This document shows positions 25,595 through 35,297 of a stretch of 63,506 bases of DNA, in pieces (the stretch's first letter is position 1; every line of letters begins with the position of its first letter). Below the pieces are notes generated by a model, which saw only the letters and a program-made list of their open reading frames with translations, ran no database searches and was not told the origin of the DNA. The translations under genes were made by a program, and so were the position numbers. Where the stretch lies: assembly GCA_002070055.1 (NCBI GenBank), contig MWCM01000006.1:1-63506 (forward strand). The letters run 5' to 3'. This stretch comes from a bacterium ADurb.Bin212 (GTDB lineage: Bacteria > Patescibacteriota > UBA1384 > XYA2-FULL-43-10).

Positions 25595-26995
25595 CTACTT
25601 TGTTTTATACGCAACTACCCCCAGATCACCGTCCCAATAGACCGGTTTATAATTATTTAGCACATAGCTTTGCAATTTTTTTGCGTAGGCGTAGTTACTA
25701 TCTGCCGGCCAGATTACTAAATAATCATCATCTTTGATCGTCTCAATTGTTTTCTCTTCCGCTTGTTCGCTCCAGTCGCTAATTTCAGTAATGTATAAAT
25801 ATTTATTAGGGGGCTGATTTCCGGTCAAAAAATACATTCCTGTAAACTGGTTTTCGGCATAAATTGCCGTATTTTGTCGTCTTAAAAAAACAGAAAGATT
25901 TTTTTCTGCAACATGTCGAGAATAATTTCCTTTAACATTTACGGTGGTAAAAATTATGCAAAAAATAATTAAAAATATTGTTGTAAAAACTCTTGTGCTT
26001 GGACTCACTTTATTCATTGTGGCAGACGCGATGATCGCAAAAAACGGAGCAACTTGCAGCCAATAGTGTGGATAGTGACGGCCAAAAAACAGGAAGATTG
26101 GGAGCGTTGCCAATAGAGCAATCAACACCAATGGATGACGAATTTGCCAAATGGCTAATAACGAATTGTCAACTTTGTTGAAATTGCGAATAGTCATCTG
26201 GTTTGGCGGGCGACGAAGCAATCTGATTGCCGCGAAGCCGGATAATAGCCATATTGGGAGTGTGTAGAGAAAAGAAGGAGTTAACAAGCGGATTACCTTA
26301 ACAATATTTTCGCTTGGATAAAATTTAAAATTATATAAAATAATTTGCTCATATGCTATCGGCAAGATGTTCGAAGCCCATAACCATAATATTGTTACGA
26401 TTATAGGAATAAGGGTTCCGGTTATTATCCAAGGTAGCTTCTTATGTTTTTTCTGCCAGATGAAATAGACCAGAAAGGCAAAAGCTGAAAGTAGAAATGT
26501 TTGCTTGATGAGGATCGAGACACCCAACAGAAACCCGGTTAGTAAGGCGCTAGTGAGTTTTTTCGCTGATAGGTTAACATAGAGGCTCAAAAGTAAGAAA
26601 AGGACCCCAAAAGGCTCTGCAATCATTCTTTGACCCTCAAAGATTAATATTAGGCAGAGATAAAATAATATAGTGTAATGCCCAGATATTTTTATCTTTT
26701 GCGAAATCAAGAAGATTAGCAACAACGATACAAGGTGGCTGGTGATTAGTAGAAATTTGTAGAAAAAAATATTCTTTGTTGCTAGCGACAGAATCCCAAA
26801 AATGAAATAGATTCCGGGCGGTTTATGATCGAAAAAATCCCGATAGGGGAGTAAACCGTTTTTTAGGCCTTCGGCTATGGTTAAGAAAACTCCTTCGTCT
26901 TGCTGAAGCGGTAAAATAAATGTGGTTAGGATTAAGCAAAGAAAAACCAACAACATGATTATGTAAAGGCGAAGGTCTTTGTTGGATATCTGCAT
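25595..26995 (-). CDS. GT-C fold glycosyltransferase (ArnT/PMT-like, GT39/GT83 type)
   Basis: 466 aa with about 11 TM helices. The first loop, QQDEGVFLTIAEGLKNGLLPYRDFFDHKPPGIYF, is typical of ArnT/PMT-like enzymes. Confidence 0.75.
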   Translation of the reverse strand: MQISNKDLRLYIIMLLVFLCLILTTFILPLQQDEGVFLTIAEGLKNGLLPYRDFFDHKPPGIYFIFGILSLATKNIFFYKFLLITSHLVSLLLIFLISQKIKISGHYTILFYLCLILIFEGQRMIAEPFGVLFLLLSLYVNLSAKKLTSALLTGFLLGVSILIKQTFLLSAFAFLVYFIWQKKHKKLPWIITGTLIPIIVTILWLWASNILPIAYEQIILYNFKFYPSENIVKVIRLLTPSFLYTLPIWLLSGFAAIRLLRRPPNQMTIRNFNKVDNSLLAIWQIRHPLVLIALLATLPIFLFFGRHYPHYWLQVAPFFAIIASATMNKVSPSTRVFTTIFLIIFCIIFTTVNVKGNYSRHVAEKNLSVFLRRQNTAIYAENQFTGMYFLTGNQPPNKYLYITEISDWSEQAEEKTIETIKDDDYLVIWPADSNYAYAKKLQSYVLNNYKPVYWDGDLGVVAYKTK

Positions 26996-27045
26996 AGACT
27001 TATCAAAAGTATATTAATCAATTACAATAATATGGTAGCATCATC

Positions 27046-27080
27046 AATAATGGATGACGAGTTTGCCAAATGACGAATCA
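27046..27080 (-). pseudogene. Short fragment homologous to an internal segment of the adjacent GT-C gene, located in its own upstream region
   Basis: aatggatgacgaGtttgccaaatgAc (27048-27073) compared with aatggatgacgaAtttgccaaatgGc (26130-26155), same orientation. It translates as IWQTRHPL versus IWQIRHPL. Confidence 0.4.
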
Positions 27081-27134
27081 CAAATATTAGTCATTAGTTA
27101 TTTAGTATATTAGTTATTCTTTTGTGGAGGTTAT

Positions 27135-27749
27135 ATGGTTACAATGATATTAGATATATTAGCACATTGGGTAATAAGTATCATCGACTTCATGGGTTAT
27201 TTTGGGGTCTTTGTTTTAATGTTGGTTGAGAGTTGTGGTATTTTGATGCCCAGCGAGGTCATTATGCCATTCTCCGGCTTTTTGGTAGCCGATGGTAGTA
27301 TGAACTTCTGGTTAGTTGTTCTTCTTGGAGCGCTTGGTAATTTGGCCGGTTCTTTACTTGCATACTGGATCGGCTGGAAGGGTGGGCGGCCCTTGATTGA
27401 AAGATATGGAAAATACATTTTGCTTTCTAAGCACGATCTTGACTTGGCTGATCATTGGTTCACAAAATACGGCTCGGCCACAACTTTTTTTGGTCGAGTT
27501 TTGCCCATTGTGCGAACTTTTATATCCTTCCCTGCCGGTATTGCCAAAATGGACTTAAAAAAATTCTCTATTTATACTTTTTTGGGAGCGTTTATCTGGT
27601 GCATACCCTTAACTTACGCCGGTGTAAAAATGGGTGAGAATTGGGCTCGAATAAGAGAGTATCTGCACAACTTTGATTTAACCGTAGGCATATTGATTGT
27701 GGTTTTTTTGGTCTGGTATATTTGGAGGCATATCAAGAACTCGAGATAA
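27135..27749 (+). CDS. DedA-family membrane protein
   Basis: GGAGG SD. VLMLVESCGILMPSEVIMPFSGFLV, GRVLPIVRTFISFPAGIAKM. 204 aa. Confidence 0.88.
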   Translation: MVTMILDILAHWVISIIDFMGYFGVFVLMLVESCGILMPSEVIMPFSGFLVADGSMNFWLVVLLGALGNLAGSLLAYWIGWKGGRPLIERYGKYILLSKHDLDLADHWFTKYGSATTFFGRVLPIVRTFISFPAGIAKMDLKKFSIYTFLGAFIWCIPLTYAGVKMGENWARIREYLHNFDLTVGILIVVFLVWYIWRHIKNSR

Positions 27750-27752
27750 ATT

Positions 27753-27782
27753 AAAAAAACCGCTGATGATAGCGGTTTTTTA
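27753..27782. terminator. Bidirectional rho-independent terminator between convergent genes
   Basis: AAAAAAACCGCT gatgat AGCGGTTTTTT. The stem is flanked by an A-tract and a T-tract. Confidence 0.75.
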
Positions 27783-27794
27783 ATTTGTAAAGAC

Positions 27795-28517
27795 TTATTG
27801 TCCGGAGATGGTATTGCTGTCTTCTTGTGCTTCTGTGTCATCTTCGGTGGCAAAGCCAGCATTGGTGTCCGGTGAAGGGGTTGTCGTAGCAAATGGATCA
27901 ATTATCGGCTCGCTATTTTCCTCTTGCATGGGGTCTGCCATATCTGAGGAGGAGAACTGTGCATTTGTGCTACTTTGAGAATTTAAGTCTTCGCTTTCGG
28001 TTGAGTCTGTTTCTGCGCTGCTATCAAAAGTTGGGATTGAAGCGCTAAAGTCGCTGGGGATTGGTTGGATAGGATCATCTTCTGTGGTCGTGGGTGCAGG
28101 GCTCGGTTCGCTTACAGCTCCCTGAAATTCGGTAGATGGAGCAGAGGGTGCCGGTGAGGCCAAATCAAGCGGGGTGTTATCTTCTGTGGCTAAAGAGCTA
28201 CTGCTGGATGCAACAGCATCATCGGCGGAGGCGAAAACAGTTTCTGTTTGGCTATCATCCGGTTGATTGGGCGTGTCATCGCTCTGATCGGAGTCATCAC
28301 TAAATTGTGATGCGGCCGCTCCTGCTGCGATGCTTTGAATATTCTGTTCTCCCGTCAGTTTCTCTAGGTGGTTCACACCAACTACGACTGCAGCCGGTTT
28401 ACCGTTTTTGGTCAAGACATAAAGGTCGTCTGTACCCTCTACGCTATCAACCAATTGATTAAATTTATCTCGCGCCTCTGTTACCGGCAAAATTTTATCG
28501 ACATTAACTTGTAACAT
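27795..28517 (-). CDS. Phd/YefM-type antitoxin domain fused to an approximately 180-aa acidic Ser/Asp/Thr/Pro-rich tail
   Basis: The N-terminus (ILPVTEARDKFNQLVDSVEGTDDLYVLTKNGKPAAVVVGVNHLEKL) is typical of Phd/YefM. The rest is low-complexity and acidic. GGAGG SD. Confidence 0.7.
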   Translation of the reverse strand: MLQVNVDKILPVTEARDKFNQLVDSVEGTDDLYVLTKNGKPAAVVVGVNHLEKLTGEQNIQSIAAGAAASQFSDDSDQSDDTPNQPDDSQTETVFASADDAVASSSSSLATEDNTPLDLASPAPSAPSTEFQGAVSEPSPAPTTTEDDPIQPIPSDFSASIPTFDSSAETDSTESEDLNSQSSTNAQFSSSDMADPMQEENSEPIIDPFATTTPSPDTNAGFATEDDTEAQEDSNTISGQ

Positions 28518-28531
28518 TATACCTCCGAGTT

Positions 28532-28566
28532 AATTTAAAATTTAAAATTTTCAATTTAAAATAAAT
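28532..28566. repeat. Intergenic heptad run (AATTTAA family)
   Basis: aatttaa aatttaa aattttc aatttaa aataaat. Further on, caagaaacaataaccaaa (28592-28609) is identical to 62047-62064 inside the GT4 gene. Confidence 0.85.
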
Positions 28567-28724
28567 GTTTGCAAAAATGACTATCAATAATCAAGAAACA
28601 ATAACCAAAACCATTTTACGATAGAACTACATCTCGCGTCAATTTTAATGGTTCCAATTATGTTGATTTTAGGCTAGAATTATTATGTTATTTATTGAGC
28701 AGAATAATTCACATTTGGAGAACA

Positions 28725-29150
28725 ATGAAAGAGCTTATTAACAAGATTTTTAAAATCGAGATTATTAGATATGGGATGGTGGGTGTGTTAAGCACCGCTT
28801 TAGACTATCTGTTTTTGAATCTCTCTCATACTCTTATGGGCGGAGTAAATCAGACGTTAGGTTGGGCCACAGCAATCGGTTTTTGCGTAGGACTTGTTAA
28901 CGGCTATTATTTTAATTCGCGCTGGACATTTAAATATAATACCAAAGGACAAGAGGGTAAGAAATTTGGTCAATTCGCTATTATTTCACTTGTTGGTTTG
29001 GCTCTAACGGAGATTATAGTGCTATATTTTGCCAATAATGTCGGACATGACAAGAACATCGCTAAACTGATCGCTGTGATTATTGTATTTTTCTGGAATT
29101 TCTTCGGCAATAAAATGTGGACATTTAGACAAAAAAGTGAAAAAAAATAA
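28725..29150 (+). CDS. GtrA-family membrane protein
   Basis: ATG at 28725 with GGAG upstream (the track begins at a TTG at 28695). IRYGMVGVLSTALDYLFLNL, NSRWTF, FFWNFFGNKMWTF. Confidence 0.85.
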   Translation: MKELINKIFKIEIIRYGMVGVLSTALDYLFLNLSHTLMGGVNQTLGWATAIGFCVGLVNGYYFNSRWTFKYNTKGQEGKKFGQFAIISLVGLALTEIIVLYFANNVGHDKNIAKLIAVIIVFFWNFFGNKMWTFRQKSEKK

Positions 29151-29204
29151 GTGGTTAATTTCTAATCTCTAATCCAGGGCATTTTTTAATGCCTTAAAGA
29201 GTAT

Positions 29205-30506
29205 ATGAGCGCGAATAAGAAACTATTCTCAAATAGCATTGTTGTAATAATAGGCACTGTTGTAAGCAGCGTCTTTTCATATTTGTTTAACATGGTAATG
29301 GGTCGGAAGCTAGGTCCTGCACTGTACGGGGACCTTGTAACTTTACTTTCCTTGCTATTAATCGTAAATGTTGGAGGAAACGCAATATTGAATATATCGA
29401 TGAAATATTCCAGCAAGCTCTTTGCGGCAGACAAAAAGCATCTAATTTATAGTTTTATAATGAAAATGGGCAAGTATGTATTTCTGATTGCGCTGTTAAT
29501 TGTAATTATTGGTTTGATATTTATTGGACCAATATCTAGTTTGTTATCTATGAGTAACAAGATTTCTCTTGTTGTGGCTTATATGAGCGTGTTTGCCGGA
29601 TTTTTAATAATGATTAATAAGGGAGTACTACAAGGATTGCAAAAGTTCGTTCCAATATCTTATATAAACTCATCAGAGATGATTTGCAGGTTGTTATTGG
29701 GCGTTCTGTTAGTGTCGCTTGGCTTCTCGTTGAACGGAGCAATTTCATCTGTTGTGTTGGCTACATTTATGTCATATTTAGTATCTTTTTATTTTATTAA
29801 GAAATACTTATTTGACTCAACGAAAGATTTAGTAGAAATAAAAAAAGAACAGGATCTTGGCATAGGCAAAAGAGAAATAATAAGTTATTCCTGGCCCACA
29901 CTAATTGCGATGATTTTATTGACGATATTATTAAATTTAGACATTATTGTAATTAAATACTATTTTCCACCTGTTGATGCAGGATTGTATGCAGCTATTT
30001 CGACTGTTGCGAAGATAATATTTTATATATCTGGGCCGATTGTTATGGTGATGTTCCCAGTGCTATCGAAACAAAAATATTCCGGGGAGAAACATTATAA
30101 GACCCTTGCTATCACATTATTGATTACTATCTCCATGGGGGCGGTAATTCTGTTCGCCTATTATTTGTTTCCAAAAACAATTATTGCCATACTATATGGT
30201 TCTCAATATGCGGAAGCTTACCGTTTTTTGTCGTTTAGCGGCGCTTTTATGTTGCTTTATTCTGTAATTAATATGTTGATAAATTATTATCTAGCTATTG
30301 AAAGATTTTTTGTATTGTGGCTGTTAGCTATAACAATTTTTGCGCAGATTGTTATGTTTATTTTTTACCATAACAGCATAGAATTGATTTTAAGACTATT
30401 TGTATTTACTCTGGTTTCATTATTTGCTTTAATTGTCATGTATTATCTATTTGAGAGAAAGCAATTAATATTATCTTATTTTAAAAATGGAAACAAAAAA
30501 AGTTAA
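29205..30506 (+). CDS. Wzx-like oligosaccharide flippase (MOP superfamily polysaccharide biosynthesis protein)
   Basis: 433 aa with about 12 TM helices. The N-terminus (KKLFSNSIVVIIGTVVSSVFSYLFNMVMGRKLGPALYGD) is typical of this family. Confidence 0.75.
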   Translation: MSANKKLFSNSIVVIIGTVVSSVFSYLFNMVMGRKLGPALYGDLVTLLSLLLIVNVGGNAILNISMKYSSKLFAADKKHLIYSFIMKMGKYVFLIALLIVIIGLIFIGPISSLLSMSNKISLVVAYMSVFAGFLIMINKGVLQGLQKFVPISYINSSEMICRLLLGVLLVSLGFSLNGAISSVVLATFMSYLVSFYFIKKYLFDSTKDLVEIKKEQDLGIGKREIISYSWPTLIAMILLTILLNLDIIVIKYYFPPVDAGLYAAISTVAKIIFYISGPIVMVMFPVLSKQKYSGEKHYKTLAITLLITISMGAVILFAYYLFPKTIIAILYGSQYAEAYRFLSFSGAFMLLYSVINMLINYYLAIERFFVLWLLAITIFAQIVMFIFYHNSIELILRLFVFTLVSLFALIVMYYLFERKQLILSYFKNGNKKS

Positions 30507-31437
30507 AAAACTGATTTCTTTTGTGCTCCCTGCTTATAACGAGGAAAAGAATATTCCCCAAATGTTTGATGACATAAAGGCTGTCATTAGTTCACTGGAA
30601 AATAAATATCGTTATGAGATTATTTTTATAAATGATGGCAGCTCCGATAACAGTTGGGCAGAGATTATTGCGACAACGCAAAAAGATAACGGAGTAAAGG
30701 CGATAAATTTAAGCAGGAACTTTGGGCACCAATCTGCATTAGAGGCTGGAATTGAAAATGCAATGGGGGACGCAGTAATTATGCTTGATTGTGATGGGCA
30801 GCATCCAGTAGAAATAATCGAAAAATTGATAGAGAAATGGGAATCTGGTTTTAAAATCGTTAATACTATCAGAAAAGACACAGAGGGTGTATCGCGTTTT
30901 AAAAAGATTACAGCTAAGTTCTTTTACTCGCTAATAAATCGTTTTTCAGATACAAAAATTATTCCAGGGTCAGCCGACTTTAGGCTAATTGATAGAATCG
31001 TCGCAGATACAATAAAAAAACTTCCTGAACAAAATAAGTTCTATAGGGGCTTAATAAATTGGGTAGGATTTCCGACTGGTTATGTTGAATACAATGCAAA
31101 AGATCGAAGATTTGGTAAAACTTCTTACACTCTTAAAAGGATGTACAAATTTGCCGTAGATGGATTAACTGGTTTTTCAAATTTCCCACTTACAATTGCA
31201 AAATATATTGGCTTAATGATTATGGCCGTAGGAACCTTAACTTTGTTATCAATGCTCTTGCTTACACTGATAGGGAGCTCACATTTCCCTATATGGGTCT
31301 ATTTGATAGTTTTAGTTTTTTTACTTAATGGATTACAATTCATTGTTTTATGGTTTATTGGAAATTACATTGGCAGAATTTTCAACCAGCAACGGCAAAG
31401 ACCAAACTATATTATCTCTGAAAAAATTAATTTCTAA
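30487..31437 (+). CDS. GT2 polyprenol-phosphate glycosyltransferase (GtrB/ArnC/DPM1-like, two C-terminal TM helices)
   Basis: SFVLPAYNEEKNI, INDGSSDNS, MLDCDGQHP (DxD), C-terminal TM pair. Confidence 0.88.
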   Translation: METKKVKKLISFVLPAYNEEKNIPQMFDDIKAVISSLENKYRYEIIFINDGSSDNSWAEIIATTQKDNGVKAINLSRNFGHQSALEAGIENAMGDAVIMLDCDGQHPVEIIEKLIEKWESGFKIVNTIRKDTEGVSRFKKITAKFFYSLINRFSDTKIIPGSADFRLIDRIVADTIKKLPEQNKFYRGLINWVGFPTGYVEYNAKDRRFGKTSYTLKRMYKFAVDGLTGFSNFPLTIAKYIGLMIMAVGTLTLLSMLLLTLIGSSHFPIWVYLIVLVFLLNGLQFIVLWFIGNYIGRIFNQQRQRPNYIISEKINF

Positions 31438-31442
31438 TAAAA

Positions 31443-31526
31443 ATGGCCAACTCAGCCCCAATATCTGTCCTAATGCCGGCGTATAATACGCTGAAGTCTG
31501 TAGAGTTGGTATGTTTACATAATTAA
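31443..31526 (+). pseudogene. 27-codon remnant of a GT2 N-terminus
   Basis: MANSAPISVLMPAYNTLKSVELVCLHN*. The 15-nt stretch atgccggcgtataat is identical to the start of the following GT2 gene (VSVLMPAYNAESY). Confidence 0.5.
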
Positions 31527-31540
31527 GACGAAGATTGAAA

Positions 31541-32365
31541 ATGAAAAAAAAGACTCCTAAAGTTTCTGTTTTGATGCCGGCGTATAATGCCGAGAGTTAT
31601 ATTGGTGTTGCTATTGAGAGCATATTGTCTCAAACATTTAGGGATTTAGAATTAATTGTTATTGATGATTCCTCTACAGATAGCACTATTGAGATCGTGT
31701 CGGAATTTGCAAAAAATGATGATAGATTATGTATAATAAGAAACAGTAAAAATCTCAAAATTAGTAGATCTTTAAATAAAGGTCTAAACATTGCGAAAGG
31801 AAGATATGTTGCAAGAATGGATGCCGATGACTGGTCATATTCCGACAGAATAGAAAAGCAGTATCATTTTTTAGAAAAAAATCCTAAGGTTGGTATTGTT
31901 GGAGGGGTGATGCGTGTTTGTGATAAAAATCTTAAAGTTATTGGCACCAGATTTTATGAAAAATCCGATCGATCTATCAGAAAAAAAATGTTTCGGTACA
32001 ATCCTTTTTGCCACCCTGCAATAATGGTCAGAAAATCAATATTTGATCAGGTTGGTGGATATAATGTATATCTTGCCGATGCAGAAGACTATGATCTGTA
32101 TTTTAGGATTGGGAATATCAGCAAATTCGCAAATTTAGACTGTCCAATAATTAAATACAGGATGAATAACTCATCAATATCCAGTATAAGATCCAGGAAT
32201 CAAGAAAGGCTCACAATTTTTATACGTTTCAAAGCATGGGTTGAGTATGGCTACCCTATGAAATTCTCAGATATTTTTTATACACTAGCACAATTATTAA
32301 GCATGTTAGTAATTCCTCAAAAACTAAAAATAAAACTATTTAATGCTTTGCGTAATACCAAATAA
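31541..32365 (+). CDS. GT2-family glycosyltransferase (soluble type)
   Basis: VSVLMPAYNAESYI, VIDDSSTDST, ARMDADDWS. ATG at 31541 is preferred over the track TTG at 31535. Confidence 0.85.
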   Translation: MKKKTPKVSVLMPAYNAESYIGVAIESILSQTFRDLELIVIDDSSTDSTIEIVSEFAKNDDRLCIIRNSKNLKISRSLNKGLNIAKGRYVARMDADDWSYSDRIEKQYHFLEKNPKVGIVGGVMRVCDKNLKVIGTRFYEKSDRSIRKKMFRYNPFCHPAIMVRKSIFDQVGGYNVYLADAEDYDLYFRIGNISKFANLDCPIIKYRMNNSSISSIRSRNQERLTIFIRFKAWVEYGYPMKFSDIFYTLAQLLSMLVIPQKLKIKLFNALRNTK

Positions 32366-32380
32366 AGAAAGGTTAGTAAA

Positions 32381-33391
32381 ATGTTTACAGACAAGACAAT
32401 TTTTGTGACAGGTGGTACCGGATCTTGGGGACATGAGTTAGTTAAACAGATGATTGAAAACCATGATCCAAAAGAGATCAGGATTTATTCACGGGGTGAG
32501 CACAAACAGGTTGAGATGAAGAGGGAATTCGGCTTCAACCCAAAGATCAAATTCATTATTGGTGATATTCGTGACAAAAACATATTGGGTATGGCTATGA
32601 AAGGTGCAGATTACGTTTTTCACTTAGCTGCTCTCAAGCATGTTCCTGTATGCGAAGAAAACAGCTGGGAAGCTGTTCTGACAAATATTTACGGTACTCA
32701 GAATGTGATTGAGTGTGCAATTGCAAATGAAGTTTCAACAGTTGTTGATATATCTACTGATAAAGCCGTTGATCCTTTCAACCTTTATGGTGTAACAAAA
32801 GCTTGCGGGGAAAAGTTAATAATAAATTCAAACCAGAACTATAATTCTGACACAAAATTTGTCTGCATAAGGGGTGGCAATGTAATGGGTACTAATGGTA
32901 GTGTTTTGCCACTATTTAAAGAGCAGCTTATAACCAGAAATGAAATTACTATCACTGATCCGCATATGACAAGATATCTGATGAGCACCAGAGAGGCTAT
33001 CGGATTGGTATTCCAAGCTGTAGCAAACGCAACTGGCGGGGAAGTCTATGTTATGAGGATGCCCTCAACGAAGGTAGAAAACATTGCCAACGTTATGATT
33101 AAGTTATTTGGGGATAATAATAGTAAAAAGACTATTATTGGAACTCGTCCCGGAGAGAAGATGCATGAAGTTCTTGTATCCAAGAATGAATCCCCCAGAA
33201 CAAAGATTTTTAACGATCAATACTATGTAATATTGCCTCAATTCAATACTAATAGTTTAGAAGAGAGGTATAAAAATCTTCAACCTATTGAGCACGAAGA
33301 ATTTAGCTCTTTAAACGCAAAGAAACTCAGCGATGATGATTTCATTTCGATTCTTAAAAAAGAGAGCTGGCTATGGGACAAACCAGAGTAG
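32381..33391 (+). CDS. UDP-N-acetylglucosamine 4,6-dehydratase, short PseB/FlaA1/CapD type
   Basis: KTIFVTGGTGSWGHELV, DISTDKAVDPFNLYGVTKACGEK (YxxxK). 336 aa. Confidence 0.85.
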   Translation: MFTDKTIFVTGGTGSWGHELVKQMIENHDPKEIRIYSRGEHKQVEMKREFGFNPKIKFIIGDIRDKNILGMAMKGADYVFHLAALKHVPVCEENSWEAVLTNIYGTQNVIECAIANEVSTVVDISTDKAVDPFNLYGVTKACGEKLIINSNQNYNSDTKFVCIRGGNVMGTNGSVLPLFKEQLITRNEITITDPHMTRYLMSTREAIGLVFQAVANATGGEVYVMRMPSTKVENIANVMIKLFGDNNSKKTIIGTRPGEKMHEVLVSKNESPRTKIFNDQYYVILPQFNTNSLEERYKNLQPIEHEEFSSLNAKKLSDDDFISILKKESWLWDKPE

Positions 33392-34182
33392 CGGTAACCG
33401 GGTCGCAAGGATTTATCGGACAGAATGTAACACGCATCTTGTCTTCTTGTGGTGATATTAAACAAATCGATTTCGAGGGCGATCTATTGGTGCAAGACGA
33501 TATTATCTCTTTTTTTGAAAATAACAAAGAAATCGACAGCATAATTCATCTGGTTGGAGTGTTCAGTGGGCCGACTGGTTTATTGATCGATATAAACGTT
33601 AAGACTCTTGCAAACTTGCTCGAAACAGCTAAGGATTATGGTGTTAAAAAAGTGGTATTTACTTCTACTGGTGCTGTTTATGGCGAGCCTATTGGAGAAG
33701 AATCTTTTGAAACTGACCAGCTTTCACCAAATACAGAATATAGTATGAGCAAAATGTTAGCTGAAGAAACCTTGAAATACTATTGTCGACAGTATCACAT
33801 GTCTTATGTGATTTTGAGATACCCTAATGTATACGGCAGGGGCAACGAAAAAGGAGTGATAGGGGCGTTTATGAAGTCAATCCAAGAAAATCATTCAATC
33901 ACCGTATACGGAGATGGTGAACAATCAAGAAACTTCTTACATGTTGATGATGCTTGCAGGGCTATTGAGTTAGGTCTTAGATACAAAGGATCTGATGTAT
34001 TTAACATCTCCAACCCAATAAAATACACTATTAATGAGATTGTAGAACTGTATAAGAAAAAATTCGATTTCGTTGTAGAAAAAAAACCCAGCAACAACAA
34101 TTTACGCAACCTATTGCTTAATACCGATAAGGCCCATAAACTTTTGAATTTTGATGTACAACACAAGGAGATAGAGTTATGA
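33373..34182 (+). CDS. NAD-dependent sugar epimerase/reductase (SDR extended family, short form)
   Basis: VAVTGSQGFIGQNV, YSMSKMLAE, YGDGEQSRNFLHVDD. 19-nt overlap with the upstream gene. Confidence 0.8.
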   Translation: MGQTRVAVTGSQGFIGQNVTRILSSCGDIKQIDFEGDLLVQDDIISFFENNKEIDSIIHLVGVFSGPTGLLIDINVKTLANLLETAKDYGVKKVVFTSTGAVYGEPIGEESFETDQLSPNTEYSMSKMLAEETLKYYCRQYHMSYVILRYPNVYGRGNEKGVIGAFMKSIQENHSITVYGDGEQSRNFLHVDDACRAIELGLRYKGSDVFNISNPIKYTINEIVELYKKKFDFVVEKKPSNNNLRNLLLNTDKAHKLLNFDVQHKEIEL

Positions 34183-35297
34183 TTATTGTCCTGGGTCATG
34201 CCAGTCTTATTAACGAAAAGATATATGAGGCACCGGTCAATACTTATGTTGAGACACTAATTAGACAGAAAAGAGATTTTGTTTTCATTCGGCACTTTAT
34301 TGATGGTAATTTGAAATCAACAGTATACTGCTACAAAAAAGGTCAATTAGTATCACAGAAGAAGCTTTTTATAATCTCAAGGATATCTCCATTAAGATAT
34401 TTTACGGAAATTGTCTCAAGTTTTTTGTACCTTTTAAGATACAAAAATGCGGAAGTTATGATTGCCGCAGATCCGTTGAACGCCTACACAGGATTATTAT
34501 TAAAGAGATTCCGGAGGTTAAAGAAGCTGATATTTGTAACTTGTGATTATTCGGAGAGACGCTTCGACAATTCTATATTAAATTGGATATTCTTCAAAGT
34601 TGATAGGATGGCTGCCTTAGGATCAGACCAAATATGGAATGTTTCCAAGAGGATTCAAGAGGTTAGAAGATCGATGGGGTTTTCAGATAAGAAGAATATC
34701 TTGGTGCCGAATGTTCCTTCTTCTAATTATAAGCAATACGTAGACAACAAGAGAAATAAATTCTGTATGGTGACGCTCGGATTATTAGGCGATCAACTTG
34801 AGTTTGATTATTTATTTGAAGCAATCAAGGATCTACTCAAAAAATATCCCAACCTTATTTTAAAAATTATCGGAAATGGTCCCAAAGAAGAGTATTTGCA
34901 TCAAAAAGCAAAGAAAATGGCCATAGAAGAAAGTATAATTTTTACCGGTCATCTTGAGCACGACAAAGCCTTAGAACATATATCAAAATCTGGCATCGGA
35001 CTGGCCCTGTACAATGGTAATTGGAATTTCAACTTTTTTGGAGACAGTATGAAGTGCCGTGAATTTTTCTGTTTCGGGCTACCTGTTATAACGACTGACA
35101 CACACTCAACCGTCGAAGATATAAGAGAAAATAATGCTGGCATCGTGGTTGAAATGAATAAAAAAAGCTATATTGGCGCCGTGGAAGAAATACTAAATAA
35201 CTACGGCTTATACAGCAAAAACTCTTCTGTTTTAGCCAATAAATATGAAGATATACATAATAAGCTTCTCAAAAGAATAATTGGTAAAGATGTCTAG
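34179..35297 (+). CDS. GT4-family (GT-B fold) glycosyltransferase
   Basis: LKIIGNGPKEEYL...IIFTGHL, FGDSMKCREFFCFGLPVITTD. ATGA overlap with the upstream gene. Confidence 0.75.
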   Translation: MIIVLGHASLINEKIYEAPVNTYVETLIRQKRDFVFIRHFIDGNLKSTVYCYKKGQLVSQKKLFIISRISPLRYFTEIVSSFLYLLRYKNAEVMIAADPLNAYTGLLLKRFRRLKKLIFVTCDYSERRFDNSILNWIFFKVDRMAALGSDQIWNVSKRIQEVRRSMGFSDKKNILVPNVPSSNYKQYVDNKRNKFCMVTLGLLGDQLEFDYLFEAIKDLLKKYPNLILKIIGNGPKEEYLHQKAKKMAIEESIIFTGHLEHDKALEHISKSGIGLALYNGNWNFNFFGDSMKCREFFCFGLPVITTDTHSTVEDIRENNAGIVVEMNKKSYIGAVEEILNNYGLYSKNSSVLANKYEDIHNKLLKRIIGKDV

